From assembly GCA_029863625.1 (NCBI GenBank), contig JAOTUY010000009.1, positions 1,523 to 65,522 of the forward strand: a DNA stretch of 64,000 nt. The letters are read 5' to 3'. The stretch comes from Acidimicrobiia bacterium. Its GTDB lineage: Bacteria; Actinomycetota; Acidimicrobiia; Spongiisociales; UBA4744. The notes beneath the pieces are model-generated. The model was not told the origin of the DNA and searched no databases. It was given only the letters and a program-made list of their open reading frames with translations. This document shows, piece after piece, positions 50,009-60,919 of the stretch; within the stretch, counting starts at the first letter, position 1; every line of letters begins with the position of its first letter. The translations under genes were made by a program, and so were the position numbers.

Positions 50009-53000
50009 TGCCACGCCGATCCGACCTCGCCACTGTCTTGCTGATCGGTTCCGGCCCGATCGTGATCGGCCAAGCCGCCGAGTTCGACTATTCAGGCACG
50101 CAGGCGGCCAAGGTTCTCCGGACGGAGGGCTTGCGAGTTGTGCTGGTGAACTCGAATCCCGCCACCATCATGACGGATCCGGAGTTTGCCGACGCAACCT
50201 ACATCGAGCCGGTCACGGCTCCAACCATCGAAGCCATCATTGCGGCCGAGCGGCCAGAAGCGCTTCTGCCTACCTTGGGCGGTCAGACCGCTCTCAATGT
50301 GACCACCGAACTCGCTCGCCGAGGCGTGCTCGAGAAGTACGACGTGGAATTGATCGGCGCCAGTCTCGAATCCATCGAAGCGGCAGAAGACCGTGGACGG
50401 TTCAAGACGTTGATGGAAGCAACGGGGCTGGCGGTACCCAAGGGGATCTATGCGCGTTCCTTCGACGAGGCAGTTGAGGCATCCAGACAGATCGGCTTTC
50501 CCGTCATGGTCCGGCCTTCCTACATACTGGGCGGTGGTGGTACCGGAATCGCCTACAACCAGGAACAGTTCGTTGTCAAAGCCCGGGAAGGGCTGATCGC
50601 CTCTCCCGCTGGTGAGATCCTGGTCGAAGAGTCCATTGAGGGATGGAAAGAGTACGAGCTCGAAGTGATGCGCGACCGGTCAGACAATGCCGTCATCGTT
50701 TGCTCCATAGAGAACCTCGATCCCATGGGGGTTCACACCGGCGATTCGATCACCGTGGCTCCCATCCAGACGCTCTCGGACCCGGAATACCAGGAGATGC
50801 GGGACGAGGCGATAGCCTGCCTCCGGGCGGTCGGCGTCGAAACGGGTGGCGCCAATGTCCAGTTTGCGGTCGATCCGTCAACGGGTCGCCGCCTCCTCAT
50901 CGAGATGAACCCCCGTGTGTCGCGCTCCTCGGCGCTGGCTTCCAAGGCAACCGGGTTCCCTATCGCCAAGATCGCCGCCCTTCTGGCGGTCGGCTACACG
51001 CTCGACGAGATAACCAACGATGTCACGGGCACGACCCCTGCTTCATTCGAGCCCGCTCTCGATTATGTCGTCGTCAAAGTGCCACGCTTTGATTTCGCCA
51101 AATTCCCGACCGCTCCTCCGACGTTGGGCACATCGATGCGAAGCGTCGGAGAGGTTATGGCGATCGGTCGCACATTTCCCGAAGCCCTGCAAAAGGGGCT
51201 TCGTTCTCTGGAAACGGGCCGGGCCGGCCTCAACGCAGACCCGCAAGAAGCGCCGCTTCTTTCCCTCGATCGCAAGACGCTTCTCGCCCGAAGTTGCGTA
51301 GCGAATCCCGAACGAATCTTTGCGATGGCCGAGCTGCTGCGGCGCGGCGAGGACCAGGAGAGTCTCGCCACGGCGACCAGGATCGATGGTTGGTTTGTCG
51401 ATCAACTGGCACAGATCGTTGAGATACGTTCGGAGCTCGAAGCGGCTCCGCCCTCCGCCGAGTCAATGCGGGTCGGAAAGCGGCACGGTTTCTCAGATGT
51501 TCAATTGGGCTACTTGTGGGGTCTGACCGAGGCAAGAGTCCGCCACTATCGACGGCGCTGGCACATCGACGTGACCTACAAAACGGTCGATACTTGCGCC
51601 GCGGAGTTTTCCGCCCGGACGCCCTATCTCTACAGCGCCTACGAGGACGAAGACGAGGTACCGGCTTCTCACAGACCGAGCGTGATGATCCTCGGTTCGG
51701 GCCCCAACCGCATCGGACAAGGCATCGAGTTCGACTACTGCTGCGTCCACGCTGCATACGCGCTCCGCGCCGCGGGCTACGAGACCATCATGGTGAACTG
51801 CAACCCGGAAACTGTCTCGACGGACTACGACACCTCAGACCGTCTGTACTTCGAACCCTTGACCGTAGAGGATGTCCTGGCCATAGCCGAAAGGGAGCAA
51901 CCCGAGGCTGTGATTGTGCAACTCGGAGGGCAGACACCGCTCAACCTGGCACGGGCGCTTGAAGAAGCGGGTGTGCCCATCGCCGGAACGTCGCCGGACT
52001 CGATCGATACAGCGGAGGATCGCGAACGCTTCAGCGAACTGTGCCGCCGTCTCGGGTTGCGCCAGCCTCCCCACGGGATTGCGACGAGCGAAGAAGAAGC
52101 GGAAAAGGTTCTTGCCGGCATCGGCTTGCCGGCGTTGGTCCGGCCGTCGTATGTGTTGGGCGGCAAGGCCATGCAGGTTGTCTACAGCGAGCAGGAACTG
52201 ACCGTGTACCTGCAAAGGACGTACGGCCCGGACGGCGTCATGGGTTGCGACCTCAGCGAAGCTCCATTACTGATTGACCGTTTTCTCGAATCGGCGACGG
52301 AAGTAGATGTTGATGCTGTGTACGACGGTCAGGAGCTCCTGATCGGCGGGATCATGGAGCACATTGAGGAGGCGGGTGTCCACTCCGGCGATTCGGCTTG
52401 CGTCGTGCCACCGCCCACCATCGCTTTCAGTGCTCAACAATCAATGCTGGCCGCCACCGAGAAGTTGGCGAGGGGGCTCGAGGTGCGAGGACTCATCAAT
52501 ATCCAGTTCGCGATCAAAGGAGAAGAGGTCCTGGTCCTCGAGGCAAACCCGAGAGCTTCCCGGACGGTTCCGTTCATCTCGAAAGCCGTCGGCGTTCCGC
52601 TCGCCAAAGTGGCCGCCCGGGTGATGATGGGGGCGAAGCTCGAAGACCTCCGCCGCGAGGGCGTCCTTGCCGTAGCGGAGGACAAGGGGATCGCCAGGGG
52701 GTTCGTGGCCGTGAAGGAGGCTGTGCTGCCCTGGGAACGATTCCCGGAGGAGGACACGGTGCTTGGGCCGGAAATGAAAGCAACCGGGGAGGTAATGGGG
52801 ATCGGACCGGATTTCGGAACCGCCTACGCCAAAGCCCTGCTGGGTGCCGGGCACAGGGTCCCGATGGGTGGCGTGGTGTTCTTCTCTCTGGCCGATCGTG
52901 ACAAACCGGTAGGTCTGGCCGCTGCGCAGGCGTTCTCCATGCTCGGATTCCGGCTGGCGGCCACGGCCGGCACGGCGAAGTATCTCGCCCACCACGGAGT

Positions 53001-53262
53001 AGTTTCCGATCTCGTGGTCAAGGTTGGGGAAGGACCAGACGACAGCGTCATCCGGATCGAATCAGGATTGATCGCGATGGTGGTCAATACGCCCCGGGGT
53101 CGCCGGGCTCGAAGCGACGGGAGTCTGATCAGGGCGGCCTCCCGGCGGCGCGGTATACCCTGCATTACAACGGTGCCGGGAGCGTTGGCGGTGGCCAGAA
53201 GCCTTCATGCAGACGACAGGGCTGTCAGCCGGGTCCGCAGCCTGCAAGAGTGGCACCGATGA
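50008..53262 (+). CDS. carB: Carbamoyl-phosphate synthase large subunit
   Basis: MPRR.D...[42 protein letters not shown]. Confidence 0.98.
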   Translation: MPRRSDLATVLLIGSGPIVIGQAAEFDYSGTQAAKVLRTEGLRVVLVNSNPATIMTDPEFADATYIEPVTAPTIEAIIAAERPEALLPTLGGQTALNVTTELARRGVLEKYDVELIGASLESIEAAEDRGRFKTLMEATGLAVPKGIYARSFDEAVEASRQIGFPVMVRPSYILGGGGTGIAYNQEQFVVKAREGLIASPAGEILVEESIEGWKEYELEVMRDRSDNAVIVCSIENLDPMGVHTGDSITVAPIQTLSDPEYQEMRDEAIACLRAVGVETGGANVQFAVDPSTGRRLLIEMNPRVSRSSALASKATGFPIAKIAALLAVGYTLDEITNDVTGTTPASFEPALDYVVVKVPRFDFAKFPTAPPTLGTSMRSVGEVMAIGRTFPEALQKGLRSLETGRAGLNADPQEAPLLSLDRKTLLARSCVANPERIFAMAELLRRGEDQESLATATRIDGWFVDQLAQIVEIRSELEAAPPSAESMRVGKRHGFSDVQLGYLWGLTEARVRHYRRRWHIDVTYKTVDTCAAEFSARTPYLYSAYEDEDEVPASHRPSVMILGSGPNRIGQGIEFDYCCVHAAYALRAAGYETIMVNCNPETVSTDYDTSDRLYFEPLTVEDVLAIAEREQPEAVIVQLGGQTPLNLARALEEAGVPIAGTSPDSIDTAEDRERFSELCRRLGLRQPPHGIATSEEEAEKVLAGIGLPALVRPSYVLGGKAMQVVYSEQELTVYLQRTYGPDGVMGCDLSEAPLLIDRFLESATEVDVDAVYDGQELLIGGIMEHIEEAGVHSGDSACVVPPPTIAFSAQQSMLAATEKLARGLEVRGLINIQFAIKGEEVLVLEANPRASRTVPFISKAVGVPLAKVAARVMMGAKLEDLRREGVLAVAEDKGIARGFVAVKEAVLPWERFPEEDTVLGPEMKATGEVMGIGPDFGTAYAKALLGAGHRVPMGGVVFFSLADRDKPVGLAAAQAFSMLGFRLAATAGTAKYLAHHGVVSDLVVKVGEGPDDSVIRIESGLIAMVVNTPRGRRARSDGSLIRAASRRRGIPCITTVPGALAVARSLHADDRAVSRVRSLQEWHR

Positions 53263-54170
53263 CCGACCTATCCGTCGCGCTTGGTCCGGTTCTGATGCGG
53301 TCCCCTCTGGTTGCCGCATCCGGAACAGTCGGTTCAGTGGTGGATTTCGCCGGCGTTGGTGCTTTGGAAGCCTATGGAGCGGCGGTGGCCAAATCGGTGA
53401 GTGGAACCCCGTGGCCCGGTAATCCCGACCCCCGCCTGGCGAGTACCGGCGCGGGGATGCTCAATGCGATCGGCATTCAGAACCCGGGCGTGGCAACCTG
53501 GGTCGACGATGTCGGTTTGCTTCTCCCGGGTCTTTCAGTTCCGGTGTGGGGTTCTGTGGTGGGGAAAACGGTTGGAGAGTTCGTCGAAGTAGCCGGGAAA
53601 CTGGCGGCTACTGCGATCGAGGCAATCGAGATCAACCTGTCGTGCCCCAATCTGGCCGGGGAGGCAATCTGGGCCCTCGACGCCGAGGCAACCGGAGCTG
53701 TGGTGAGGGCGGTGCGGAGCGCGGTAGACAAGCCAATCGGAGCGAAGCTTTCTCCCAATGCTCAGGACATCGTCGCAATCGCCCGGGCCGCGCTGAAGGG
53801 AGGCGCCGACTGGCTGGTCCTCACCAACACCATTTCGGGAGCGGCTATCGATATCGAAACGAGACGACCGCTTCTCTCCAGGACTACGGGCGGGTATTCG
53901 GGTCCGCCCCTCAAGCCCATCGCTCTCCGATGCGTCATCGAGGTCCGGTCCGCCTTTCCCGAGGCTCAGATCGTCGGATGCGGGGGCGTGCGCAGCGGAT
54001 CCGACGTGGTTGAGTATCTCCTGGCCGGCGCCACGGCGGTGGCGATCGGCACCGCCCATTTCGAGCGTCCCCGTATTGGACGGACGATTATGCGCCAGGT
54101 GCGGGCATATTGCGAGCGGAACGGGGTGGACCGAGTCTCGGATCTGATTGGAGCCGTGCGGCCATGGTGA
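53259..54170 (+). CDS. pyrD: Dihydroorotate dehydrogenase, family 1 catalytic subunit
   Basis: [33 protein letters not shown]. Confidence 0.93.
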   Translation: MTDLSVALGPVLMRSPLVAASGTVGSVVDFAGVGALEAYGAAVAKSVSGTPWPGNPDPRLASTGAGMLNAIGIQNPGVATWVDDVGLLLPGLSVPVWGSVVGKTVGEFVEVAGKLAATAIEAIEINLSCPNLAGEAIWALDAEATGAVVRAVRSAVDKPIGAKLSPNAQDIVAIARAALKGGADWLVLTNTISGAAIDIETRRPLLSRTTGGYSGPPLKPIALRCVIEVRSAFPEAQIVGCGGVRSGSDVVEYLLAGATAVAIGTAHFERPRIGRTIMRQVRAYCERNGVDRVSDLIGAVRPW

Positions 54171-54192
54171 ACGGCAGAAATGCGGAAAAGCG

Positions 54193-54912
54193 ATGACTCG
54201 CGTGGAAGACTCTGCCAATCCCATTCTGGTGGCCCTCGATGTGAGCACCGCTGAGGAGTCCGTTCGCCTGGCCAAGACCCTGATTCGGCATGTTGGAGGG
54301 TTCAAGGTTGGGCTCGAGTTGCTGATGGGCCCCGGTCCCGCCGTGGTCGCTTCCATGGCGAGCCTGGGCAAGCCGGTGCTCGCCGACGCCAAGTTGCACG
54401 ACATACCGACAACGGTCGGGCGGGCTGCCCGGCAATTGGGGCGACTGGGCGCACGTTGGGTGACCGTGCACGCAAGCGGTGGGAGCCGGATGCTGCGCGC
54501 CGCAGTTGACGGGCTGGAGGAGGGAGCCGGCGGGCGCCCGGCCGGCATCCTGGTCGTGACCGTGCTGACCAGCATGACCGCAGATGACCTGGCAGAAGCG
54601 GGCATATCCGGAACTCCGGGACGTCAGACGGCTCGGTTGTCGAAGTTGGCGGCCTCCGCCGGTTGTGAGGGAGTGGTGTGCTCACCGGAAGAATTAGGCG
54701 TAGTCGATCAGGTTGCACCCGATCTACTCAAGGTGACGCCGGGGATCAGGCTCACCGGCACCGCGACCCACGATCAACGCCGTACCGCGGATCCGGCCGA
54801 GGCGATGAGGCGCGGCGCGGACTATCTCGTCATCGGCCGGCCGATCGTGCGAGCTTCAGATCCTGTTGGGGCGGTTCGCGCAATCCTCAAACAGGCGGCC
54901 TCTGGGGCCTGA
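54193..54912 (+). CDS. pyrF: Orotidine 5'-phosphate decarboxylase
   Basis: VALD, KVGLEL, DAKLHDIPTTV, TPGIR, VIGRPI. Confidence 0.96.
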   Translation: MTRVEDSANPILVALDVSTAEESVRLAKTLIRHVGGFKVGLELLMGPGPAVVASMASLGKPVLADAKLHDIPTTVGRAARQLGRLGARWVTVHASGGSRMLRAAVDGLEEGAGGRPAGILVVTVLTSMTADDLAEAGISGTPGRQTARLSKLAASAGCEGVVCSPEELGVVDQVAPDLLKVTPGIRLTGTATHDQRRTADPAEAMRRGADYLVIGRPIVRASDPVGAVRAILKQAASGA

Positions 54913-54960
54913 ACGGCTGTCGGGGTTGGTAGAGTGCGCTTGACCTGATACGGGAGAGTT

Positions 54961-55272
54961 ATGGCACCCCCAGAATTGTCACAAGAGCAACGCGCCGCAG
55001 CACTGGCCAAAGCGGCCGAGGCCAGAAAGGTGCGAGCCGAGATCAAGCACCTGATGAAGTCTGGTTCGATCACCTTTCCTGAACTGCTGGAGCGCGCGGA
55101 CGAAGATCCAATCGTGGCCGGGATGAAGGTGTACGCCGTTCTGTCCTCGTTGCCCGGAACCGGCAAAGTGAAAGCGAAGCGGCTGATGGAGGGCCATGGC
55201 ATCGCAGACAGCAGACGAATCCGAGGACTTGGGCAGCGTCAACGGACCACCCTTCTCGAAGAATTCTCCTGA
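54961..55272 (+). CDS. mihF: Actinobacterial integration host factor
   Basis: P.LS.EQRAAALAKAAEARKVRAEIK, LPG.GKVKA, RRIRGLG. Confidence 0.93.
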   Translation: MAPPELSQEQRAAALAKAAEARKVRAEIKHLMKSGSITFPELLERADEDPIVAGMKVYAVLSSLPGTGKVKAKRLMEGHGIADSRRIRGLGQRQRTTLLEEFS

Positions 55273-55282
55273 TCGAGCCGCC

Positions 55283-55849
55283 CTGGGGCGGCTGATCGTT
55301 GTATCCGGTCCGTCCGGGGTAGGCAAGTCGACCGTCGTCGGTGCTCTGGCCGAGCGTCATCCCTTCTTCTTCTCGATCTCGGTAACGACCCGCATGGCTC
55401 GACCGGGAGAGACCGATGGTGTTGAGTACCACTTCGTCGAACTGGAAGAGTTCGTTCGCATGCGCGACGCCGGCATGCTCCTGGAATGGGCTGAATACAG
55501 TGGCAATCTCTACGGAACCCCGCGCGCTCCGGTTCTCGAACGGATCGCAGACGGCGATGATGTCCTGCTCGACATCGAAGTCCTGGGGGCAGTTCAGGTA
55601 AAAACGTCCTTCCCGGCGGCGCTTACCGTTTTCCTGGCACCACCGACTCCGGAGGAGCTGGAGCGGCGACTACGGAGCCGAGGTGACACTTCTCCTGCAG
55701 ACGTCGAACGCAGGCTCGAGATCGCCCGCTGGCAGCTGGAGGTAGCCGAGGAGCAGTTCGATCACCTCGTGGTCAACGACTCCGTTGAGGCTGCGGTGGA
55801 ACGTATCTTGCGTATACTGGGGCCCCCTTCAACGAAAGCAGACAGATGA
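55283..55849 (+). CDS. gmk: Guanylate kinase (start uncertain: CTG 55283/55292, TTG 55229 or ATG 55196)
   Basis: SGPSGVGKS, SVTTR.ARPGE.DG.EY.F, LEWAE..GNLYGT. Confidence 0.93.
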   Translation: MGRLIVVSGPSGVGKSTVVGALAERHPFFFSISVTTRMARPGETDGVEYHFVELEEFVRMRDAGMLLEWAEYSGNLYGTPRAPVLERIADGDDVLLDIEVLGAVQVKTSFPAALTVFLAPPTPEELERRLRSRGDTSPADVERRLEIARWQLEVAEEQFDHLVVNDSVEAAVERILRILGPPSTKADR

Positions 55850-56076
55850 TTCACCCACCCATTGAGGACGTGCTGGAGGCGACCGGCGGCCGTTTTGACC
55901 TGGTGGTGGTTGCGGCGCGTCGAGCGCGCCAGATCAACGACTACTTCAACCAGCTGGGGGAAGGCATCGGCCACTACGTGCCGCCCCAGGTCCATTCCTT
56001 GAGTCACAAGCCGCTCACTATCGCCTTGGAGGAAATTGCTCAAGGCAAGGTGGCGGTCGAGCGCGTCGAAGAGTGA
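55846..56076 (+). CDS. rpoZ: RNA polymerase omega subunit
   Basis: PPIED, LVVVAARRARQINDY, KPLTIALEEI. Confidence 0.93.
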   Translation: MIHPPIEDVLEATGGRFDLVVVAARRARQINDYFNQLGEGIGHYVPPQVHSLSHKPLTIALEEIAQGKVAVERVEE

Positions 56077-56080
56077 GCGG

Positions 56081-57274
56081 GTGCTCAACGGGCGCCGCAT
56101 ACTGGTAGGAGTGTCGGGAGGCGTCGCAGCCTATAAGACGGCGTACCTCGTTCGACGACTCGTCGAGCAAGGCGCCGACGTCCGCGTGATGATGACCAGA
56201 TCCGCGCAGTATTTTGTCGGTGCCCAGAGCTTCGCGGCGATTTCCGGGCATCAGGTAGCAACGGAACTCTTCGGAGCGGCTGGCGTGAGTCCCCACACTG
56301 AGTTGGCCCGGTGGGCCGAAGCGGTCGTCATCGCCCCGGCCACCGCCAACACGCTTGCCAGGGCAACGCACGGCATGTCCGATGAATTGGTATCGGCCAC
56401 GCTACTTGCGACCACTGTTCCGGTCGTATTCGCTCCGGCGATGCATACCGAAATGTGGGACAACCCGGCCACCCAGCGCAATGTTGCTGTACTGGAGAGG
56501 GACGGTCACACCATCGTCGGACCGGTGAGTGGTGCGCTGGCCGGGGGTGACATCGGACCGGGCCGGATGGCCGAACCCGAGGAGATCCTGCAGACGCTCG
56601 AGCGCCTTCTGGCCGGGCGGCTCCGCGGCGTCCGCATGCTGGTGACGGCCGGAGGAACTCGGGAACCAATCGATCCGGTGCGGTTCATCGGCAATCGGTC
56701 CTCAGGCAAGATGGGTTATGCAATCGCCACCGAAGCGGCCGCTTCCGGAGCCACGGTAACCCTGGTGTCGAGCGCCAGACTTCCCGCCCCATCCGGTGTC
56801 ACGCTTATCGAGGTCGAGACTGCTGAGGAGATGGCCGCTTCCGTCGCGGAGCTTGCGGCCGCGGTCGATGTGGCTGTGATGGCGGCGGCGGTGGCCGACT
56901 TTCGCCCGGTTGCTGTGACCGCAACCAAACTGCGCCGCACGGACGGAATCCCGGAGATCCGGCTCGAGCCGACCCCCGACATCTTGGCCGGTCTGGCCGC
57001 GCTGGAACCCCGTCCCTATCTGGTCGGGTTTGCGGCCGAGACCGGGTCCATCGACAAGGCCATCGAGAAGGCCATTTCCAAGGGCGCGGATGTCACGGTC
57101 GCCAACGATGTAGCTGCGGAAGGATCGGAGTTCGGATCCGATACAGATCAGGTTGCGCTGATCGATAGTCAAGGAAAGGTCGACCGGTGGCCGCTGCTCA
57201 CCAAGCGCGAAGTGGCCCGACGTCTTTGTGATCACCTGGCCGAGCAGCTCAGACAACCTGCCACCAAGGGTTGA
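56081..57274 (+). CDS. coaBC: Phosphopantothenoylcysteine decarboxylase/synthase
   Basis: GGVAAYK, APATAN, PAMHTEM, TAGGTREPIDPVRFIGNRSSGKMG, VGFAAET. Confidence 0.96.
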   Translation: MLNGRRILVGVSGGVAAYKTAYLVRRLVEQGADVRVMMTRSAQYFVGAQSFAAISGHQVATELFGAAGVSPHTELARWAEAVVIAPATANTLARATHGMSDELVSATLLATTVPVVFAPAMHTEMWDNPATQRNVAVLERDGHTIVGPVSGALAGGDIGPGRMAEPEEILQTLERLLAGRLRGVRMLVTAGGTREPIDPVRFIGNRSSGKMGYAIATEAAASGATVTLVSSARLPAPSGVTLIEVETAEEMAASVAELAAAVDVAVMAAAVADFRPVAVTATKLRRTDGIPEIRLEPTPDILAGLAALEPRPYLVGFAAETGSIDKAIEKAISKGADVTVANDVAAEGSEFGSDTDQVALIDSQGKVDRWPLLTKREVARRLCDHLAEQLRQPATKG

Positions 57275-57295
57275 GTCCCCCGTATACTCGCTCGC

Positions 57296-58471
57296 ATGCG
57301 CAGTTGGTATTTCACGTCAGAATCAGTAACCGAAGGGCACCCGGACAAACTCGCCGATCGCATCTCGGATAGCGTCCTCGATGCGGTTCTGACGCAAGAC
57401 CCGCACGGTCGGGTCGCATGTGAGGTGCTGGTCACCAACGACATCGTTATCGTCGCCGGGGAAATCACCACTACCGCCACGGTCGACATCGAGGCGGCGG
57501 TTCGCCAAGCCATTCGAGACGTCGGCTACAACGACCCGAACGAGCTATTCGCCGCCGATACGTGTTCGGTGGATGTAATCGTGAAGCGGCAAAGCCCGGA
57601 TATCGCCGGAGGTGTGTTCGAATCCCTCGAAACGCGCAACGGTTCGACCGATCCGCTCGACGGTCTTGGGGCGGGCGATCAGGGGATCATGTTCGGGTAC
57701 GCCGTCGACGAAACGACCGAACGGATGCCTTTGTCGATACAGCTCGCGCATCGTCTGGCCGAACGGCTCGCCGTGGTGCGTAAGGATGGCACACTCGGCT
57801 ACCTCGGTCCAGATGGCAAGACGCAAGTCACCGTGGAGTATGACGGAAGCAAGCCGGTTGGGATTCATCGGGTGCTCATCTCTACTCAGCACAGCGAGGG
57901 CATCGATCGGAGCACGCTGGACGGCGACCTTCGCAAGCATGTTCTCGAAGCCGTTCTGCCGGAACCCAGCGGCGACTTCGAGTTCATCGTCAACCCGTCG
58001 GGGCGATTTGTGGTCGGCGGTCCGGTCGGCGATACCGGACTAACCGGACGCAAAGTGATCGTCGATACCTACGGCGGCGCGGCGAGGCACGGAGGCGGGT
58101 GCTTCTCCGGCAAAGACCCAACCAAGGTCGATCGATCGGCTGCGTACGCGGCCCGTCATGCTGCGCGCAATGTTGTCGCGGCAGGACTGGCCGCCCGTTG
58201 CGAACTGCAGCTCTCCTACGCGATAGGGCAGGCAGAACCGTTCTCGATCTATCTGGAGACCTTCGGAACCGAAACCGTGCCGGTAGTCCGCCTGGAGAAG
58301 CTGATCGCCGACCATTTCGACTTTCGTCCGCTGGCGATCATCAACCGCTACGGACTACAGCGACCGATCTACCAGGAAACCTCTGCCTACGGCCACTTCG
58401 GGCGTCCTCAATTCTCCTGGGAGGCAGAGGACGTCGCGGTGACGCTCGCCGCCGCCGCGGCGAGCCTCTGA
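57296..58471 (+). CDS. metK: S-adenosylmethionine synthetase
   Basis: [35 protein letters not shown]. Confidence 0.98.
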   Translation: MRSWYFTSESVTEGHPDKLADRISDSVLDAVLTQDPHGRVACEVLVTNDIVIVAGEITTTATVDIEAAVRQAIRDVGYNDPNELFAADTCSVDVIVKRQSPDIAGGVFESLETRNGSTDPLDGLGAGDQGIMFGYAVDETTERMPLSIQLAHRLAERLAVVRKDGTLGYLGPDGKTQVTVEYDGSKPVGIHRVLISTQHSEGIDRSTLDGDLRKHVLEAVLPEPSGDFEFIVNPSGRFVVGGPVGDTGLTGRKVIVDTYGGAARHGGGCFSGKDPTKVDRSAAYAARHAARNVVAAGLAARCELQLSYAIGQAEPFSIYLETFGTETVPVVRLEKLIADHFDFRPLAIINRYGLQRPIYQETSAYGHFGRPQFSWEAEDVAVTLAAAAASL

Positions 58472-60258
58472 GCCTCCCGCTCGTTGCCAGGGTCGTTCCC
58501 GATGTCCCCACTTTCGCGGTCGATGATGGGTTCGCTTATGCCGTTGGAGAAGGCCAGAACGTTTCCGTCGGATCGATCGTGCGGGTACCCCTCGGCGGTC
58601 GGAAAGTCCGCGGGTATGTCACCGACGTCCGCTCAGGATCACATGCGGGCCTAAAAGAGTTGCGCGGCATATCGGGAGAAGTCCCGGTTTTCGACGAACA
58701 CTTGTTGGAGACATTGCGATGGGCAGCTCACCACTACATCTCGCCGATGGCAGGCATCTTCGCCAAATCAACTCCGCCCAACCTACCGAGACTCGGCACA
58801 GCGCCGTTCTGGCCGGAGGTCCCCCGGGTTGGCTCCGGCCCACTCACCCCCCTGGCCTCTGCGGCAGCCGGGGGTAGGAGAAACCCGGCTGCCTACTTCC
58901 TCGTCTCAACTGATTGGAGTCGCCATGTGGAAAGTGTCGTTGGCCCTGTAGCCGGTGCGGACCGATCATCGGTCGTGGTTGCCGCGACGGCGTTCGAAGC
59001 CGGGAAGCTTGCTGCGGACCTTTCTGCCACGTTCGGGCCGAGGGTCGTGCTCGCAACACCCGACCTCTCCGATCGACAACTCACTTCCGCGTGGCAGGTA
59101 GCGGCGACCGTGCCCGGTTCGATTCTGGTCGGTACGCACCGCATCGTATTCTGGCCGGTCGCCCGGTTAGGTCTAGGCGTGATCATCCAAGAGGGTCGCC
59201 GGGGGATGAAGGATCGACAGACGCCGACTATCCACGCTCGCGAGATTCTCAGAACGCGAGCCCGAATCGAGCGGTTCGGGCTTCTGTACATGGGTCGAGT
59301 TCCGACCACGGAGGTGCTTGGAGCCGGAACCGAGATCATCCGAGCTCCCGGCCGGAACCGGATATGGCCATTGGTGGAAGTTGTCGATCGTGGCGAGGAC
59401 CCGCCCGGCAGCGGAATTCTGACGGATCGGGTCCGGTCGGCGCTTCGCAACGCGATTGCTCGGAATGAACGGGTCTTCCTGTTCACCCATCGTCACGGGT
59501 ACGCGCCTGCCTCGCGGTGCGTGAGCTGTCGTACCCTGAGGAGGTGCGCAGAGTGCGGTTCCCGGCCCGATCCGGGCACCACCTGTGCTCGTTGCGGTGC
59601 GGCACTGGGACCTTGCTTCGCCTGCGGAGCAGCTCGCTTCGAGCCACTCGGGGCCGGCTCGGGTCGCATCGTAGAAGTTGTGCGCCGGATGCTTGGACCT
59701 GATTCTGTTGGGAACATCGACGAACACCGCCCCATTGTGGTCGGGACCGAACGAGATCTGGTCCGGGCCGGGACCGTGGAGCTGGCAGTGGCCGTCGACG
59801 CTGATGGATTGATTCTCGGCACCAACTACCGGTCCGCGGAAGAAGCGTTGCGGGTCCTGACTCGACTGGCCGGCATCGTGCCGTTTGGGCGGGGCAAGCG
59901 GCTCATGGTGCAAACCTCGCAACCGAATCATCCCGTCATTTCTGCTTTGCGAAGAGGCGACCCGATCGAGTTTCTCGAGGCCGAGCTGATCAAACGAGAA
60001 GAGCTGGGGTTCCCACCTGTCGGCGAGCTCATCGTTCTCGAGGTTCGCGACGGAGGCCTCGAGGACGATGTCCTGATCAAGGAGGCGGTTGGGGGAGACG
60101 CCACCGTGTACGGACCGGCCCCCGCCCCGCGCGGTTCGCGGTGGTTGATCCAGGGAGACCGCCTATCGGCCGTGCGGACCAGGCTGCGACCAGCCGTGCA
60201 GCGTCTTCGCGACGGAGGCGCGGCCGTCAGGGTCGATGCGGACCCTCTCGATCTCTGA
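58468..60258 (+). CDS. priA: Primosomal protein N' with degenerate helicase motifs; probable CTG start
   Basis: [28 protein letters not shown], four CxxC, QT..P.HP, GFPP, VDADP.DL; usual metK-priA-def-fmt order. Confidence 0.85.
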   Translation: MSLPLVARVVPDVPTFAVDDGFAYAVGEGQNVSVGSIVRVPLGGRKVRGYVTDVRSGSHAGLKELRGISGEVPVFDEHLLETLRWAAHHYISPMAGIFAKSTPPNLPRLGTAPFWPEVPRVGSGPLTPLASAAAGGRRNPAAYFLVSTDWSRHVESVVGPVAGADRSSVVVAATAFEAGKLAADLSATFGPRVVLATPDLSDRQLTSAWQVAATVPGSILVGTHRIVFWPVARLGLGVIIQEGRRGMKDRQTPTIHAREILRTRARIERFGLLYMGRVPTTEVLGAGTEIIRAPGRNRIWPLVEVVDRGEDPPGSGILTDRVRSALRNAIARNERVFLFTHRHGYAPASRCVSCRTLRRCAECGSRPDPGTTCARCGAALGPCFACGAARFEPLGAGSGRIVEVVRRMLGPDSVGNIDEHRPIVVGTERDLVRAGTVELAVAVDADGLILGTNYRSAEEALRVLTRLAGIVPFGRGKRLMVQTSQPNHPVISALRRGDPIEFLEAELIKREELGFPPVGELIVLEVRDGGLEDDVLIKEAVGGDATVYGPAPAPRGSRWLIQGDRLSAVRTRLRPAVQRLRDGGAAVRVDADPLDL

Positions 60259-60415
60259 GGGCATCTGACCAGCTTCGAGTACCGGCACCGGAAGAGACCG
60301 CCGATCAGTAGTTGTCACGCATCTCGACGGTCAGGCAACCGCGCTCGCCGATTTCCGGGATCATCGAACGGGGTCCTGGAGAGAGAGCACTAGGCTGCCT
60401 CATCCGGAGGTAGTT

Positions 60416-60919
60416 GTGGCCATATTTCCAATTCGGACTTTCGGGGATCCCGTGCTCCGGGGCCGGGCCGATCCCATCCTCGAAATCGACGAAAGCGTTC
60501 ATCGTCTAGTGGCCGATATGCTCGAGACTATGTACCACGCTCCCGGGGTCGGTCTGGCAGCTCCGCAGATCGGCGTTTCGCGTCGGGTTGTTGTGTTTGA
60601 TGCCGGTGAGGGACCTTGTGTGCTGATCAATCCCGAGCTCATCGAGAGCAGCGGCGAGTGGACGTTTGACGAAGGTTGTCTTTCGGTTCCGGGTCATTTC
60701 TGGCCGATCACACGACCGGGTTTCGCGCGGGTGCGCGGACTGGACCTTGCAGGCCAGGATATCGAGTACGCCGGCGATGAGCTGTTGGCACGCATATTGC
60801 AGCATGAGGTTGACCACCTCGAGGGCCAGCTCCTGATCGAACGGTTGGAGAGCAAGCTTCGCAAGCAGGCGCTTCGCGACCTGCGTGAAGAAGCGTTGGG
60901 GTTCGGAACGAGCGAGTGA
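60416..60919 (+). CDS. def: Peptide deformylase
   Basis: GVGLAAPQIG, EGCLS, QHEVDHLEG. Confidence 0.97.
   Translation: MAIFPIRTFGDPVLRGRADPILEIDESVHRLVADMLETMYHAPGVGLAAPQIGVSRRVVVFDAGEGPCVLINPELIESSGEWTFDEGCLSVPGHFWPITRPGFARVRGLDLAGQDIEYAGDELLARILQHEVDHLEGQLLIERLESKLRKQALRDLREEALGFGTSE

Noticed and set aside
56521..56570. CoaBC lacks the Cys of the E. coli-type ACG..G.GR motif (LAGGDIGPGRM)
   Set aside because: Cys-less versions are normal in actinobacterial CoaBC.
58099..58467. 123-aa N-terminal extension of the priA ORF, and similar extensions of pdxS, pdxT, ruvC, aroK, carB and pyrC in the ORF track
   Set aside because: These are open frames running through the upstream gene or intergenic DNA; conserved N-termini and stop/start overlaps point to later starts.
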